This document shows positions 54,529-63,978 of a DNA stretch of 64,000 nt, one piece after another. The stretch is from a virus (Duplodnaviria; Caudoviricetes). The position numbers were made by a program, and so were the translations under genes. Each line of letters opens with the position of its first letter. Within the stretch, counting starts at the first letter, position 1. The notes under the pieces are model-generated. The model was not told the origin of the DNA, searched no databases, and saw only the letters and a list, made by a program, of their open reading frames with translations. The stretch is from the IMG/VR virus record IMGVR_UViG_2930430511_000001, positions 25,707 through 89,706 of that record. One strand, written 5' to 3'.

Positions 54529-56796
54529 CTAGCCCTTGCGGCCGCGGACGACGTCCCACGCCTTTTCGGCGTGGGCTCCCTTGCGGGGCTTCGCGTTGAG
54601 CTTCAATTCGCGCTGGTGGGCTCGTTCCGCTGCCTTGACGGCCTTCCGCAACTCGTCAGCGATCGCCTTGACCTTGGAGGCGGTCGCGCGCACGGTGTCG
54701 TCGACCACGTCCTCGGTCGGCCAGGTATTGGCCATGCGGCGGTACAGCTTCGTGACCGAGTCGGCGACGACGTCGACGCCGCCAGCCGCTCCGGCGACCT
54801 CGGACAGGCAGATGACCATGTGTCCGCGGTCGAAGCCCTTCATCAGGCTGATGAGCTTCTTGGTGCTGCCGTCGGAGGCCGGGACGAGCTTGCCCGAGCC
54901 GCTGCTGGTCGAGCTGATCGTCGAGCTGCCGCCGGGTAGGGCAAGGCGCTGCTGGCCCGCGGACAGGATCGCAGCGCGGAGCTTGGCGGCATCGAGGGTT
55001 CCGGAGGCGTTGCGAATATTCCAGCGTTCCTCGCCGACGCGGGGCTCCATCACGCGGTAGATGTCCTCGCGGTGTGCCTGGACGAACACCGTGATGATCG
55101 TGTCCGCCATGCGTGCTGCGGTCAGAGCCGACACCGCTGCGTTGTTCAGATGCTTGACGACCGAGGGGTGAAGCGGCGCCGTCTTCGCGAGGGCTGAGGC
55201 AGCCTCGCGTACAGCCTGCGACAGGTTCCGGCACATGTTGGGGATGCCGGCGAGCTCGACGACGCGGTCCGCCATGTCGGCGTCCTGGTCGTTGTGCAGA
55301 CCGTTCGCGAGCTGTTCCGCCATGGCAACGAGCAGGCGGTAGGCGGTCGAGCCGCGCACGTCGACCTGTCGGGCGACCGCGACGCCGGCCGTGCGGGTTC
55401 CCGCGGGCTGGGTCGTGGCTACGGGGTAGGTCACGGGGGTGCTCCTTCGCTGTTCGGTCCCCGCCGCGAGGGCGAGCAGTTGGTCTACGCGGTGCAGCTC
55501 GAGGTCGACCTTCTCGGTCTCTTCACGGATCACTTCGAGCTTCACCGTTCGGGGGTCGCCGAGGTTGCCGTCGCGGGCTGCTTCCTTCTCGGCCTTCCTG
55601 CCGGCAGCGATCGCTTCACGGCGGCGATCCCTCTCGCGCTTGGCCTTGACGAGGGCGATCCGGTCCTCGTCGATCGCCTCGGCGTCGATGACCTCGCCGG
55701 GTGCGCCGTCCGGCTTCGGGGGCAGGTCGTCGTCGACGAGCTCGGCGTCGATGTACTCGTCCGGGTCGTAATCCGGCCTCGGCGGAAGGTCATCGCCGCC
55801 GCCGTCCTTGGGGCCCTTCGGGTCTTTCGGGTCGAGGCCGTCGCGCGCCGTCGAGCTTGAGGCGTCGTCGTCCCTGCCCTTCCGATCCTTGCGCCTGCGG
55901 TCCTTCTTGTCCTTCGGCTTCTTCGGGTCGAGGCCGTCGGGTGAGCTCGCCCACGGGTCGCCTGCGCTCGCGTCCTTCTTCGCCTTGTCGGCCTTGTCTT
56001 TCCTGCTGCCGTCCTTGCCCTTCGGGTCGGTGCCGCCAGCCTGCTCGCCGTCGCGCTTGCCGTTCTTCGGACCCTTGTCCTTGGTGCCCTTGGGGTCCTT
56101 GTCGCGGTTCTTGAACTTGTCCGCGAGGTCCTTCCTGGCCTTCGCGAGCTTGTCGGCGACCGGGTCCTTCACCTTCGGCTTCCGGTCCTTGCCGCCGCTT
56201 CCGAGGCCCGTCCCGTTCCCGTTGCCGGTCCCCGGGCCCTTCGGCGTCTTGTGCCGGCCACTGCCGCCCGAGGCGTTGGGTGAGCGGTGCCGACCGCCGC
56301 CGTTCCCACGACCACCGCCCGATCCCGATCCCGATCCTGAGCGGTCGCGGCCCGAGCTCGACCTGTCGGCGCCGCCGTTCCCGCCGGTCCCGTTGGTCCC
56401 GCTGTTGGCGTTCTCGTCGTGCTCGCGGCGGCGTGCACGCCACAGGGAGGCGGCGGCGAGGACGGGCAGTGTGGCCCCGCCGACGATGGCGCCGACGGGT
56501 CCCGCGATGAGGAATCCGAGGCCGATTGCTGCTGTTTCGCCGCTCACGCTGTGTGAGATCGCGGCGTATCCGTTTCGCAGTGAGTTGTCCGTGTTGCCCT
56601 GGGATCGACGCGGGGCGGGGCGGGGCGGGGCGGCGCTCCGGGGCTGCTGAACGACCACGAGGGGCCCTTGTGCGGGGTTTTCGCTTCCGCCCCGCCCCGC
56701 CCCGCCGCCGCCGATGTCACTCACAGTGGCGTCCTGAGGCGGGATGGAGAAGCCAGACGCAACCGGGTTAATCGTCTCTGCGCTCACCTCCTGCAC
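54529..56796 (-). CDS. TraA-like transfer protein
   Basis: TM, long Gly/Lys/Asp-rich linker, two tandem helical domains ending PR...E..W; directly upstream of traB. Confidence 0.6.
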   Translation of the reverse strand: MQEVSAETINPVASGFSIPPQDATVSDIGGGGAGRGGSENPAQGPLVVVQQPRSAAPPRPAPRRSQGNTDNSLRNGYAAISHSVSGETAAIGLGFLIAGPVGAIVGGATLPVLAAASLWRARRREHDENANSGTNGTGGNGGADRSSSGRDRSGSGSGSGGGRGNGGGRHRSPNASGGSGRHKTPKGPGTGNGNGTGLGSGGKDRKPKVKDPVADKLAKARKDLADKFKNRDKDPKGTKDKGPKNGKRDGEQAGGTDPKGKDGSRKDKADKAKKDASAGDPWASSPDGLDPKKPKDKKDRRRKDRKGRDDDASSSTARDGLDPKDPKGPKDGGGDDLPPRPDYDPDEYIDAELVDDDLPPKPDGAPGEVIDAEAIDEDRIALVKAKRERDRRREAIAAGRKAEKEAARDGNLGDPRTVKLEVIREETEKVDLELHRVDQLLALAAGTEQRRSTPVTYPVATTQPAGTRTAGVAVARQVDVRGSTAYRLLVAMAEQLANGLHNDQDADMADRVVELAGIPNMCRNLSQAVREAASALAKTAPLHPSVVKHLNNAAVSALTAARMADTIITVFVQAHREDIYRVMEPRVGEERWNIRNASGTLDAAKLRAAILSAGQQRLALPGGSSTISSTSSGSGKLVPASDGSTKKLISLMKGFDRGHMVICLSEVAGAAGGVDVVADSVTKLYRRMANTWPTEDVVDDTVRATASKVKAIADELRKAVKAAERAHQRELKLNAKPRKGAHAEKAWDVVRGRKG

Positions 56797-56869
56797 TTCC
56801 TTTCAACGGGTTCCGGCTGGGTGGTTGGGATGGTCCTGCTGGCCTTGCTCTTCATCTGCTGAGTTCAGG

Positions 56870-57346
56870 TCAGGTGTTGAGGGCCTGGCCGTAGCACTTG
56901 CTGGCGTGTTCCTCGACGTGCGTCGTGGCGTTGACGAACAGGGCAGAGACGTGGCCCTTCGGGCAGCCGTGGCAGGTCCAGCGGACGTACACCTCGGCGG
57001 CGTCGCGGCTGTCGGCGGGGCGGGGCTGCGTGCCGATGACTTCTACGGGGGCGCCGACGCGGTTGTTGATGCGGAGCCAGACGTGGCCGTTTCCGCTGGT
57101 GGGGAGGTCGGGGCGGAGGGTGTAGACGGCGGGGCGGTGGGTTTCGTGGAGGAGTCCGCTGGAGTGCAGGGCGTGGAGGGCGTTGTAGGCGCTGGTGTAG
57201 CCGGCGGTGGGGAGGCCGGTGCTGCGCTGGAACTCGATGACGGTGAAGGGGGTGATGCGCTCGTCGGCGTCGGCGAGCTTGGCGAGGTTGCCGTGCAGGG
57301 CCTCGATCAGCTGGTCGGTGCTCAGGGGCTGGGCAGTCGTGGTCAT
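56870..57346 (-). CDS. Hypothetical protein (winged-helix-like N-terminus, C-x2-C...H...C end)
   Basis: AGGAG RBS; motif inspection. Confidence 0.6.
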   Translation of the reverse strand: MTTTAQPLSTDQLIEALHGNLAKLADADERITPFTVIEFQRSTGLPTAGYTSAYNALHALHSSGLLHETHRPAVYTLRPDLPTSGNGHVWLRINNRVGAPVEVIGTQPRPADSRDAAEVYVRWTCHGCPKGHVSALFVNATTHVEEHASKCYGQALNT

Positions 57347-57427
57347 GGCGTTCTCCTTCGGGTTCGGTCTGGGGCGATAGGTTCGGGGTGGACCGCCCCG
57401 GTTGCGTCGGGGCGGTCCTTTCGTGTG

Positions 57428-58474
57428 TCAGGTGTTCTTCGCTTCGGCGATGAGCTGCTGGCCCCAGCGGGGGGTGTGTCCGTAGCGGCGGCCGAGTTCG
57501 GCTCCGGTGAGCGGCTTGCCGTTCGCGACGCTTTCGCGGTAGGTGGCGAGGGCCGCTTCGCGGTTGTTCGCCTTCGCTTCCTGGGAGGGCGAAGGCTTCG
57601 TCTTGTTCTTCGCGTTCGCCTGTGCGGGGTGCGAAGCGCGGGACTTGCGGGTGGGTGCGATTTCGCGGCGCGTTTCGCCCTGGAGGGCGGCGGCGAACCC
57701 GAACGCTTCGCGCGAAGAGGTGGTCTGAGCTGCGGCGTTCGCATCGTCGGCGCGAAGGAGTTCGCCTGCGAAGGCGGGGGCGATTTCGCGTTCGCTCCCA
57801 CGTGTGGAGGCTTCGCTGAGGCGGAGGACTCGTTCGCTGTTCGCGTCCGGCTCTTCGCTCGGCTGGCTGGCCGCTTCGCTTGCGGGCAGTTCGATGGGGC
57901 GTCGGCGGAACAGGTCGCGCGCCATGTCCTGGCGCTTCGTCTCGATGCGGTAGTCGGTTTCGACTTCCTTGAGGATGAGGTCGCCGTTCATTTCGCGGCG
58001 GTCCATCTCGATGCCGTGCTTCTCCTTCTCCATCTTCATGTTGCGCTGGAGTTCGGCGAGCTTCGCCTTGTCGGTGTCGGTGAGGTCGGCGGGGTCGCGC
58101 AGGTCGGCGAGGGCGAGGGCCCAGACGCCCTTCGCTCCGATGGGGAGGAAGGGGCCGGCGACGGCCATGGCGGGGATGTTCTTGTTGATGCCGTGCCAGG
58201 CGAGGAACCCGGCGACGACGAGGAGTGCGGCCCAGCCGATGAGGGGGACGAGGTTGGCCTTGCGCTTGCCGAGGGTGAGGCGGAGGCCGCGGGCTTCGGC
58301 GACGATGACGGAGCCCCAGATGATGTCGGAGCCGGCTGCGACGGTGAGGCCGACGGGGCCTGCGCCGAGGAGGTCGACGAGGGACCAGGTGGTCCAAGCG
58401 AGGCTGGCGGTGGAGAGGGTGATGGCGGGGATGAGGAGGGGGGAGGGGAGTTTGGGGGTGCGGCGGGGGTTCAC
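57428..58474 (-). CDS. SpdB-type spread protein
   Basis: Four TM segments, coiled coil, C-terminal HTH TGAELGRRYGHTPRWG. Confidence 0.75.
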   Translation of the reverse strand: MNPRRTPKLPSPLLIPAITLSTASLAWTTWSLVDLLGAGPVGLTVAAGSDIIWGSVIVAEARGLRLTLGKRKANLVPLIGWAALLVVAGFLAWHGINKNIPAMAVAGPFLPIGAKGVWALALADLRDPADLTDTDKAKLAELQRNMKMEKEKHGIEMDRREMNGDLILKEVETDYRIETKRQDMARDLFRRRPIELPASEAASQPSEEPDANSERVLRLSEASTRGSEREIAPAFAGELLRADDANAAAQTTSSREAFGFAAALQGETRREIAPTRKSRASHPAQANAKNKTKPSPSQEAKANNREAALATYRESVANGKPLTGAELGRRYGHTPRWGQQLIAEAKNT

Positions 58475-58510
58475 GGTGTTCTCCGGTTTCGGGTTGCCCC
58501 GGGGCGGGGG

Positions 58511-58753
58511 TCAGGCGGTGGCCTGGGTGGCGGTTTCGCCGCGGGAGACGCGGGCGGCGTCGAGGAACTTCTGCGCTTCGCCGAGGTCGATGTCGATCTG
58601 GTGGCCGAAGGCGTGGGAGACGAGGTCCTGGGCGGTGACGTCGGCGGAGGTGTGGCGGCGGAGGAACGCCTCGCGGAGGAGTCCGTTGGCGAGGTTCAGA
58701 AGCGCCCGGTGACGGCGTTGGGTCTTCTTCTTGGCGGAGCGCTTGGCGAACAT
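58511..58753 (-). CDS. Small hypothetical protein
   Basis: AAAGGA RBS. Confidence 0.6.
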   Translation of the reverse strand: MFAKRSAKKKTQRRHRALLNLANGLLREAFLRRHTSADVTAQDLVSHAFGHQIDIDLGEAQKFLDAARVSRGETATQATA

Positions 58754-58824
58754 CGGATCGGTTCCTTTCGGGTGGTTGGGGTGCGGGGCCCGGTGTCGGC
58801 TGCCGGGCCCCGCGGGGCGGGTGG

Positions 58825-59127
58825 TCAGAAGTCGCTGGGGTCGACCTGGCTGAGGTGCCGGTCGGCGTTGCGGAGCAGAACGCCCTTGTCCGGGTCGCTG
58901 TCGTCCAGCTCGATGGCGTCGGTCAGGTGTGTCAGGGCGGCTTCGAAGGCAGTGCCCTCGCGGTGCAGGGTGCTTCCGGTGGAGAAGGCTTCGTATGCCT
59001 CTTCGAGCTGCTGGATGAAGGAGGTGGGGGTGAGGGGGCCGAGGTTGGTGTAGGCGGCGGCGGACAGGGTCGGGGTGTGGCGGGCGATGATCTGCTGGAA
59101 GGTCAGGGGCTGGGTGGTGGTGGCCAT
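58825..59127 (-). CDS. Hypothetical protein
   Basis: AAAGGA RBS. Confidence 0.6.
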   Translation of the reverse strand: MATTTQPLTFQQIIARHTPTLSAAAYTNLGPLTPTSFIQQLEEAYEAFSTGSTLHREGTAFEAALTHLTDAIELDDSDPDKGVLLRNADRHLSQVDPSDF

Positions 59128-59168
59128 GAGCGGTGGTCCTTTCGGTCGTTGCGGGCGGGTGCGGGCGG

Positions 59169-59357
59169 TCAGGTACGGCGGCGCTGGAGCTCGTTGTGCT
59201 CGGCGAGAAGCTGGCCCGCGGTCGGGGTGCGGTGGGTGCCCTCGCAGTCGCTGGCCCAGGTCTGGTGCTGGTAGCAGGTCTGCCGGTCGTCGGCGTGCAT
59301 TCCGGCGTCTTCGCGCTGGTTGTCGCGTTCGATGGCGGCGGCGAGCTTCTTGTTCAT
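59169..59357 (-). CDS. Small hypothetical protein
   Basis: AGGAG RBS; C..H..W...C...H. Confidence 0.6.
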   Translation of the reverse strand: MNKKLAAAIERDNQREDAGMHADDRQTCYQHQTWASDCEGTHRTPTAGQLLAEHNELQRRRT

Positions 59358-59429
59358 CGGGCTGCTCCTATGCGGGTCGAGGGGTGGGGCCCGGCCTGTC
59401 GGCTCGACCGGGCCCCACGGGAGGGGTGG

Positions 59430-59837
59430 CTAGCGGTCGTCGCTCGGGTGGGGGCAGTCGATGTCTGCTGCGCCGGCGGCCTCGGCGAGGAGGCCGCGCG
59501 GGGCGAAGTCGGCGTCGTAGGCGGCGTACTGGCGGGTGAGGGACCGGATGGCGTGGGCGCGGCGCGGGGTGAGCTCCCGCAGGCCGGGGTTGGTGGCGGG
59601 GTCGCCGATGTGCTGGACGACGAGGGCCTTGAGGTGCTCGACGTCGGGGTCGCCGCCGACTCCGAACCCTCCGAGGACAGCGAAGATGAAGGAGGTCTGG
59701 TCGGCGGTCCAGGTGCCGGTGGCCAGCTCCATGTACCCCTCGACGATCTTCGCGATCGGGGCGAGGGTGCTGGAGAGGGCTGCGGCCTGGTCTCGCATCT
59801 CGTCGCTGACCGGGGCGGCGGTGAAGGTGGCCATCAC
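59430..59837 (-). CDS. Hypothetical protein
   Basis: GGAGG RBS; coupled. Confidence 0.6.
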   Translation of the reverse strand: MMATFTAAPVSDEMRDQAAALSSTLAPIAKIVEGYMELATGTWTADQTSFIFAVLGGFGVGGDPDVEHLKALVVQHIGDPATNPGLRELTPRRAHAIRSLTRQYAAYDADFAPRGLLAEAAGAADIDCPHPSDDR

Positions 59838-60034
59838 AGGTCGCCTCCGTCGTCGGTGACGCCGAGCTCGTGGGCGAGGGTGTAGAGGGCGTGGGGCTGG
59901 TAGGCGGAGCGGACGACGTCCATGACGTCGGGCTCCCAGCGGCCGAGGTTGGCGATCTCGTAGTCGACGAAGATGGCGTTGACGGCGTTCGCGAGCTGCG
60001 GTTCGACCGGCTCGGGCTGGGCGGCGGCGTTCAT
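59834..60034 (-). CDS. Small hypothetical protein
   Basis: GGAGG RBS; ATGA coupling. Confidence 0.55.
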   Translation of the reverse strand: MNAAAQPEPVEPQLANAVNAIFVDYEIANLGRWEPDVMDVVRSAYQPHALYTLAHELGVTDDGGDL

Positions 60035-60276
60035 CGGGCGGCCTCCGTCTTCGGCTCGTAGCCGGCCCAGACGGCGACGGTGACCGCGGCCGAGGTGAGG
60101 AAAGCTGCGGTGATCGCGTTGGCGGTGTTGTCGAGGGCGATCCAGCGGAGGGTGTAGAGGGCTCCGGGGATTCCGACGCTCCAGGCCAGGGGCTTGAAGT
60201 CGTCGCGGAGGATGAGGGCGAGGCCGATGAGGATGATGGATGCGGCGTCGCCGAGCTGGTTGTAGATCTCGCTCAT
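60031..60276 (-). CDS. Small membrane protein
   Basis: Three hydrophobic segments; ATGA coupling. Confidence 0.6.
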   Translation of the reverse strand: MSEIYNQLGDAASIILIGLALILRDDFKPLAWSVGIPGALYTLRWIALDNTANAITAAFLTSAAVTVAVWAGYEPKTEAAR

Positions 60277-60575
60277 CGGGCACCGTCCGGGCGGGGCATG
60301 GCGCGGCACTTCTCGGCGTGGGACTGGGCCCAGGTGCGGGCCGCGGGCAGCGCCTCCTCGACACGCTCGGCCTCGAGCTCCGGCGGGTCATCGAGGCGTC
60401 CGTGGGTCTCGGTGTCTTCGTCCTGCTCGCATCCGCGGCAGGTTGCGGTGAGCCATCCGCTGTGGCTGGTGTAGGTGATCTCTACCGCCAGCTCCGGGTC
60501 AGCGATAGCCACCCCGGCGACGGTGATGTAGCGGGCGATGACGCCCTCCGGCCAGGCGGCCTGCGTGTTGCTCAT
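60273..60575 (-). CDS. Hypothetical protein
   Basis: WPEGVIARYITVAG...CRGC...AQSHAEKCRAMPRP. Confidence 0.65.
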   Translation of the reverse strand: MSNTQAAWPEGVIARYITVAGVAIADPELAVEITYTSHSGWLTATCRGCEQDEDTETHGRLDDPPELEAERVEEALPAARTWAQSHAEKCRAMPRPDGAR

Positions 60576-60814
60576 CGGACACCGCCCGTCTTGCGGTCCT
60601 TGCGGTAGTAGCTGACGGTCGCCGGGACCAGGAGAACCAGGCCAGTCGTGGCGACGCCGGACCAGAACTGGTTGTGGGTGGCGATGTTGTAGGCCAGCTG
60701 GAACGCGACGCCGATGGCGACGAGGCCCGTGGACTTGTGGCGCGGGATGCGGCCGGTGGTGATCAGGCCGGCGGCGATGAGCAGGAGGCCGATGACGGCG
60801 AGGGCGATGCTCAT
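60572..60814 (-). CDS. Small membrane protein
   Basis: Three hydrophobic segments; ATGA coupling. Confidence 0.6.
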   Translation of the reverse strand: MSIALAVIGLLLIAAGLITTGRIPRHKSTGLVAIGVAFQLAYNIATHNQFWSGVATTGLVLLVPATVSYYRKDRKTGGVR

Positions 60815-61188
60815 CGCGCACCGCCGGCGAGGGCAAGGAGCTGCGGGCGCGGCTCGGCGACCGCGTCCATCAGCGCCGTCAGGTCGTCGTCGCCGGTGAG
60901 CCGGTTCGTGGCCTCGCGGTACACGGCGGTCAGGGTGCGGACGACGTGGTCGGGGAGCTGCCCGCCGCCGATCAGGTTCCCGGTGTCGGGGTCGGTGATG
61001 GCGTGGACCGCGGCCGGGTCGCCGAGGCTCCCGGTCGGGGCGGCGGCCATGGCGGCCTGGACGAGGCCGGCGAACGCGACGGCGTGCTCAAGTCGCAGCG
61101 CCTCGGCCGTGGTGCGGATCGGGACCACCGGGCGCGCCGAACGCGGGGCGCGGGACCGGACGTCGGGGGTTGTGAGACCCTTGCTCAT
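60811..61188 (-). CDS. Hypothetical protein, first gene of transfer operon
   Basis: AGGAGG RBS before ATG 61188. Confidence 0.6.
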   Translation of the reverse strand: MSKGLTTPDVRSRAPRSARPVVPIRTTAEALRLEHAVAFAGLVQAAMAAAPTGSLGDPAAVHAITDPDTGNLIGGGQLPDHVVRTLTAVYREATNRLTGDDDLTALMDAVAEPRPQLLALAGGAR

Positions 61189-61317
61189 ACGGATCGGACC
61201 TCCTGGTAACGCAGGTAGGACTGGTCTGAGAGGCCCTGAGCCGTGGTGTGTCCGCACCACATCGCTCGGGGTCTCTTTGCGTTCAGGTGGCCCTGAACAC
61301 ATACCCATTAACTCGCA

Positions 61318-61341
61318 ACCTCCTTGACGTGTCAAGGAGGT
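61318..61341. promoter_or_regulatory. Perfect palindromic operator between transfer operon and GntR repressor
   Basis: ACCTCCTTGAC-GT-GTCAAGGAGGT; contains TTGAC -35-like hexamers on both strands. Confidence 0.75.
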
Positions 61342-61393
61342 ATGCCGGAAGATAGTCTGAAGTTGACAGGGTCCATCCACGAAAGGAGGTCAA

Positions 61394-62173
61394 ATGACTC
61401 AGGCCGAGATCATCAGGGCGCTCACGGACGCAATCGACCAGGGCGCGTACAAGTACGGGGAGTTCCTCCCATCCACTCGCGCACTGGCGGAGACGCATGG
61501 CACCACTCAGCAGACGGTCGCCGCGGCTCTCACCGTGATGGCCGGCATGGGCATGGTCCAGGTGCAGCGTGGATCTCGCGCGAAGGTCATTACGGGCAAG
61601 CCGCGCAGGATCAAGCTGGGCACCTATCGCTCCGCCAACAGGAAGGTTCCGACAGGAACTACGGCCTGGGCGAAGGACAACGGCGAGGGGGCGAAGGAGA
61701 GCCCGGCTTCCGTGAGTCAGGTTGTAACGACGGAAGCCGACAGCGATACCGGCATTCCGGCGGGCACTCAGGTCGTTGAGCGCACCCGGACTCGGTTCGA
61801 CGCGGACGAAGCACCTTGTCAGCACAAGCGGACTCTGGTGACCGTCGACATGGCCACGCTCACCCCCGAGGGGTGGACTGGCCTCCCGCCGATGATGAGC
61901 CCTGAGGACATCGCCCCGCCGGAGGGGATGAGCCTCGCGAAGTGGCTCGGTATGGGAGTTGAGCGGGTTCTTTATGACATCAGCACGGCACCAGCCATAG
62001 GGAACTCTGCGGCGGCCCTGACGCTGCCCGACGGGACTCCGTGCCTGCGCATCGTGTCGCGAGGCGTCAGGGAAGACGGGAGCGTCGCCTACGCGACCGT
62101 GACTACTGCCCCGATCCGGACGTCAATCTCGCTGGAGATCAAGGACGGCGACGCTATGGAGGGAGGCCGCTGA
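61394..62173 (+). CDS. GntR-family (HutC/UTRA) repressor, KorA/TraR type
   Basis: GEFLPSTRALAETHGTTQQTV..AL HTH, UTRA-like C-terminus; divergent from tra genes. Confidence 0.85.
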   Translation: MTQAEIIRALTDAIDQGAYKYGEFLPSTRALAETHGTTQQTVAAALTVMAGMGMVQVQRGSRAKVITGKPRRIKLGTYRSANRKVPTGTTAWAKDNGEGAKESPASVSQVVTTEADSDTGIPAGTQVVERTRTRFDADEAPCQHKRTLVTVDMATLTPEGWTGLPPMMSPEDIAPPEGMSLAKWLGMGVERVLYDISTAPAIGNSAAALTLPDGTPCLRIVSRGVREDGSVAYATVTTAPIRTSISLEIKDGDAMEGGR

Positions 62174-62350
62174 AACTATGAACGGCCGACCGGTGTGGAG
62201 ACCGGCCGACCGCCCTGTTTGACCGGCGCCACGAGTGGATCGCAGCCAGCGCCGGCTAGACGAACGTCCCTGCGAGAGGAAGGCCGTCTCTGTGAGCCTA
62301 GCGTCTTTGACGAGACACGTTAAAAGTCCGGCGTCGGCGGTGATCGCACG

Positions 62351-62644
62351 ATGACTGGAAGCAACATCAAGGTGCCCGAAGAGGTGACATTCGCGAAGGG
62401 AGCACAGCTCCTCCGCGACCTCGGGATCGATCCCTACGCCACCGCCGCGTCAGTCCGGCACGTCGCCCGAACCAGGGAAAACTGGCCCTTCTGCGACCCC
62501 GGCGGCGACAGGGAGTACGAGTACAGCCAGATCAGCAACGCCCGAACGATGGCCACCGAGCCGTTCCTGGAGTTCTTCCGGGAGAACCCGCCCCGCGGTC
62601 GAGGTCCAGACAGGAAGCCGCGCCCACCGAGGAAGACATCATGA
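62351..62644 (+). CDS. Small probable DNA-binding protein
   Basis: VTFAKGAQLL...SVRHVAR...WPF; basic RGRGPDRKPR tail. Confidence 0.55.
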   Translation: MTGSNIKVPEEVTFAKGAQLLRDLGIDPYATAASVRHVARTRENWPFCDPGGDREYEYSQISNARTMATEPFLEFFRENPPRGRGPDRKPRPPRKTS

Positions 62645-62874
62645 CCCGTTTACGGCAACAGGCCGGGGCTCGAGAAGGTCCTGGACATGCGAATGGCCGG
62701 CGAGTTAGCAGCTCAGCCGGCCATTCGAAGCACAACAGCGAGAGCGACCTCGCTGCCAGTAAGCCCACCCTGAAGAAAGCCAGGCTCGCCGATGACTGTA
62801 CCCGCACTACGCGTGCTACTCGATAGCGCCCCTCGCAGCATCTCTGTGATCCCCCGCACGGCGGAGGTGTCCGC

Positions 62875-63978
62875 GTGAGGAAGCGCCCGTCTCGGCCTGC
62901 GCGGTTCGCTGCGGTCGACAACAAGGCCATCGACACCATCTCGTCTCTCCTCGCAGTCGGGGTCCTTACCCGGCTCATCCGCGCCAAGGACGGCGACGAC
63001 GTCACCGTGGAGACGATGGCCCAGGACTACGACGAAGGCGAGAAGTCTCTCACCAAGGCCATGCGAATCTTGGTGAACGACGCCTTCGTTGTGAAGTTCA
63101 AGATCCAGCGAGCCAAGAGCGAAACGATCTCGTACGACGACGGGACCGAAGAGATCAAGCGGGGCGGGTCTTGGTACACCACGTTCAGCGTCGACTCCCT
63201 CGCCTTCACGGCGGAGGAAGTCGCCGAGATGGTGCAGGAGATCTACCGCGCCGGGAACGTGAAGGCTCTCCGGGTCGAGCCAGAGCACCTCGATCCCCGG
63301 AAGGGCACGCTCAAGGTGCCGCCTTCTCGACCGACCCCCCCAAAGGGGGGTGTCGGTCCCACCAGGGAAAACGCTGGTTCCGCAAACCCCGCCGAGGATC
63401 AGGACCCTGAAAACTCGGGACCTCGACCGACACCCCCTCAAGCGGGGGTCGGTGGACCGACCCCCGGTGGACCGACCCCCGGTGACGGCGGGGCTCTTTA
63501 TAGGAAGAAGACTTCTTCTTCTCTCTCTGATGACGTCGAGTCAGGCAGCACGGAGCCTGCCGCTACTGCTGGCAGCGAGACTGGAGAAGAGAGAGAAGAG
63601 CCAGCAGCCAAGGACAACGACGCTCCGGAGCAGACCGAAGCCGGTGACGATGCTGTCCAGGTGCTCGCCGCCTACGAAGAGGCCCGGGGTGCGAAGGCAG
63701 TCAACGGGACACGGCAGAGCATCCTTGCGGCAGCCGAGGAGCTGCTGGCAGGTGGTCGTCCCCTTAGCTGGCTCATCGACCGGGCCCGGGAACTCCCGCA
63801 GTACGGCACGGACCTCATCAAGCACGCGGAAATGTCCAAGGTCCCGTTCACGGTGAAGGCAACGCGCAAGGCTCCGACGGCCCGTGAAGCCCTCGGCCTC
63901 GATGATCCGGGCTACGTACCGGTGCAGCGCGACATGGGCAGCCTCAAGGCCATGATCGCCCGCAAGGCCGGCATCTGA
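62875..63978 (+). CDS. Probable second (phage-type) replication initiator
   Basis: FAAVDN...LLAVGVLTRL...TVETMA...GEKSLTKAMRIL winged-HTH N-terminus, Pro-rich repeat linker, helical C-terminus. Confidence 0.6.
   Translation: MRKRPSRPARFAAVDNKAIDTISSLLAVGVLTRLIRAKDGDDVTVETMAQDYDEGEKSLTKAMRILVNDAFVVKFKIQRAKSETISYDDGTEEIKRGGSWYTTFSVDSLAFTAEEVAEMVQEIYRAGNVKALRVEPEHLDPRKGTLKVPPSRPTPPKGGVGPTRENAGSANPAEDQDPENSGPRPTPPQAGVGGPTPGGPTPGDGGALYRKKTSSSLSDDVESGSTEPAATAGSETGEEREEPAAKDNDAPEQTEAGDDAVQVLAAYEEARGAKAVNGTRQSILAAAEELLAGGRPLSWLIDRARELPQYGTDLIKHAEMSKVPFTVKATRKAPTAREALGLDDPGYVPVQRDMGSLKAMIARKAGI
63329..63520. repeat. Iteron-like GACCGAC(C/A)CCC repeats followed by AT-rich tract
   Basis: Direct copies at 63329, 63425, 63455, 63470 plus inverted GTCGGT copies; then CTCTTTATAGGAAGAAGACTTCTTCTT. 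Confidence 0.55.

Noticed and set aside
56744-59053. 769-aa plus-strand ORF
   Set aside because: Shadow of several well-formed minus-strand genes with RBSs
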